DNA of 64,000 nucleotides from Octopus vulgaris (Eukaryota): NCBI GenBank assembly GCA_951406725.2, contig OX597824.1, positions 60,822,001 to 60,886,000 of the forward strand, read 5' to 3'. Shown piece by piece: positions 1 to 64,000 of this stretch (position 1 is its first letter; each line of letters starts with the position of its first letter). The notes under the pieces were generated by a model. It saw only the letters and a program-made list of their open reading frames with translations, ran no database searches and was not told where the DNA came from. The position numbers and the translations under genes were made by a program.

Positions 1-63926
<63,926 letters not shown>

Positions 63927-64000
63927 CTATAAAGAACAAGAATTAATACGGGAGACAAAATGAGGAATTGGCTTTATAGGGAAAACAAAATTTCACTTCA

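Overview
AT-rich, microsatellite- and transposon-laden eukaryotic DNA. The repeat landscape looks like a coleoid cephalopod (Octopus-like); that assignment is inference. The ORF track misses the main feature. Read by hand on the minus strand, 22 small GT-AG exons join in phase into one open frame of about 645 codons that runs off both ends of the window. The product is a tandem multi-module protein: [..ShK-like]C - Ser/Thr-rich linker - [CAP/SCP + EGF-like + ShK-like]B - Pro/Lys linker - [CAP/SCP + EGF-like + ShK-like]A. Modules A (1-21.7 kb) and B (23.3-47.4 kb) come from an intragenic duplication. Their core introns are nearly identical, but coding differences are almost all amino-acid changing (hand count: 28 replaced codons vs 3 silent-only codons in about 690 nt), a pattern typical of diversifying toxin, immune or reproductive proteins. 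The introns hold many R4/Dong-type REL LINEs inserted in (TAA)n tracts (one near-intact), two Helitrons, mariner/Tc1 and hAT elements, Tx1- and RTE-like fragments, SINEs, Penelope-like repeats with degenerate hammerhead cores, and an Elongin-B retro-pseudogene arranged as a fold-back hairpin.
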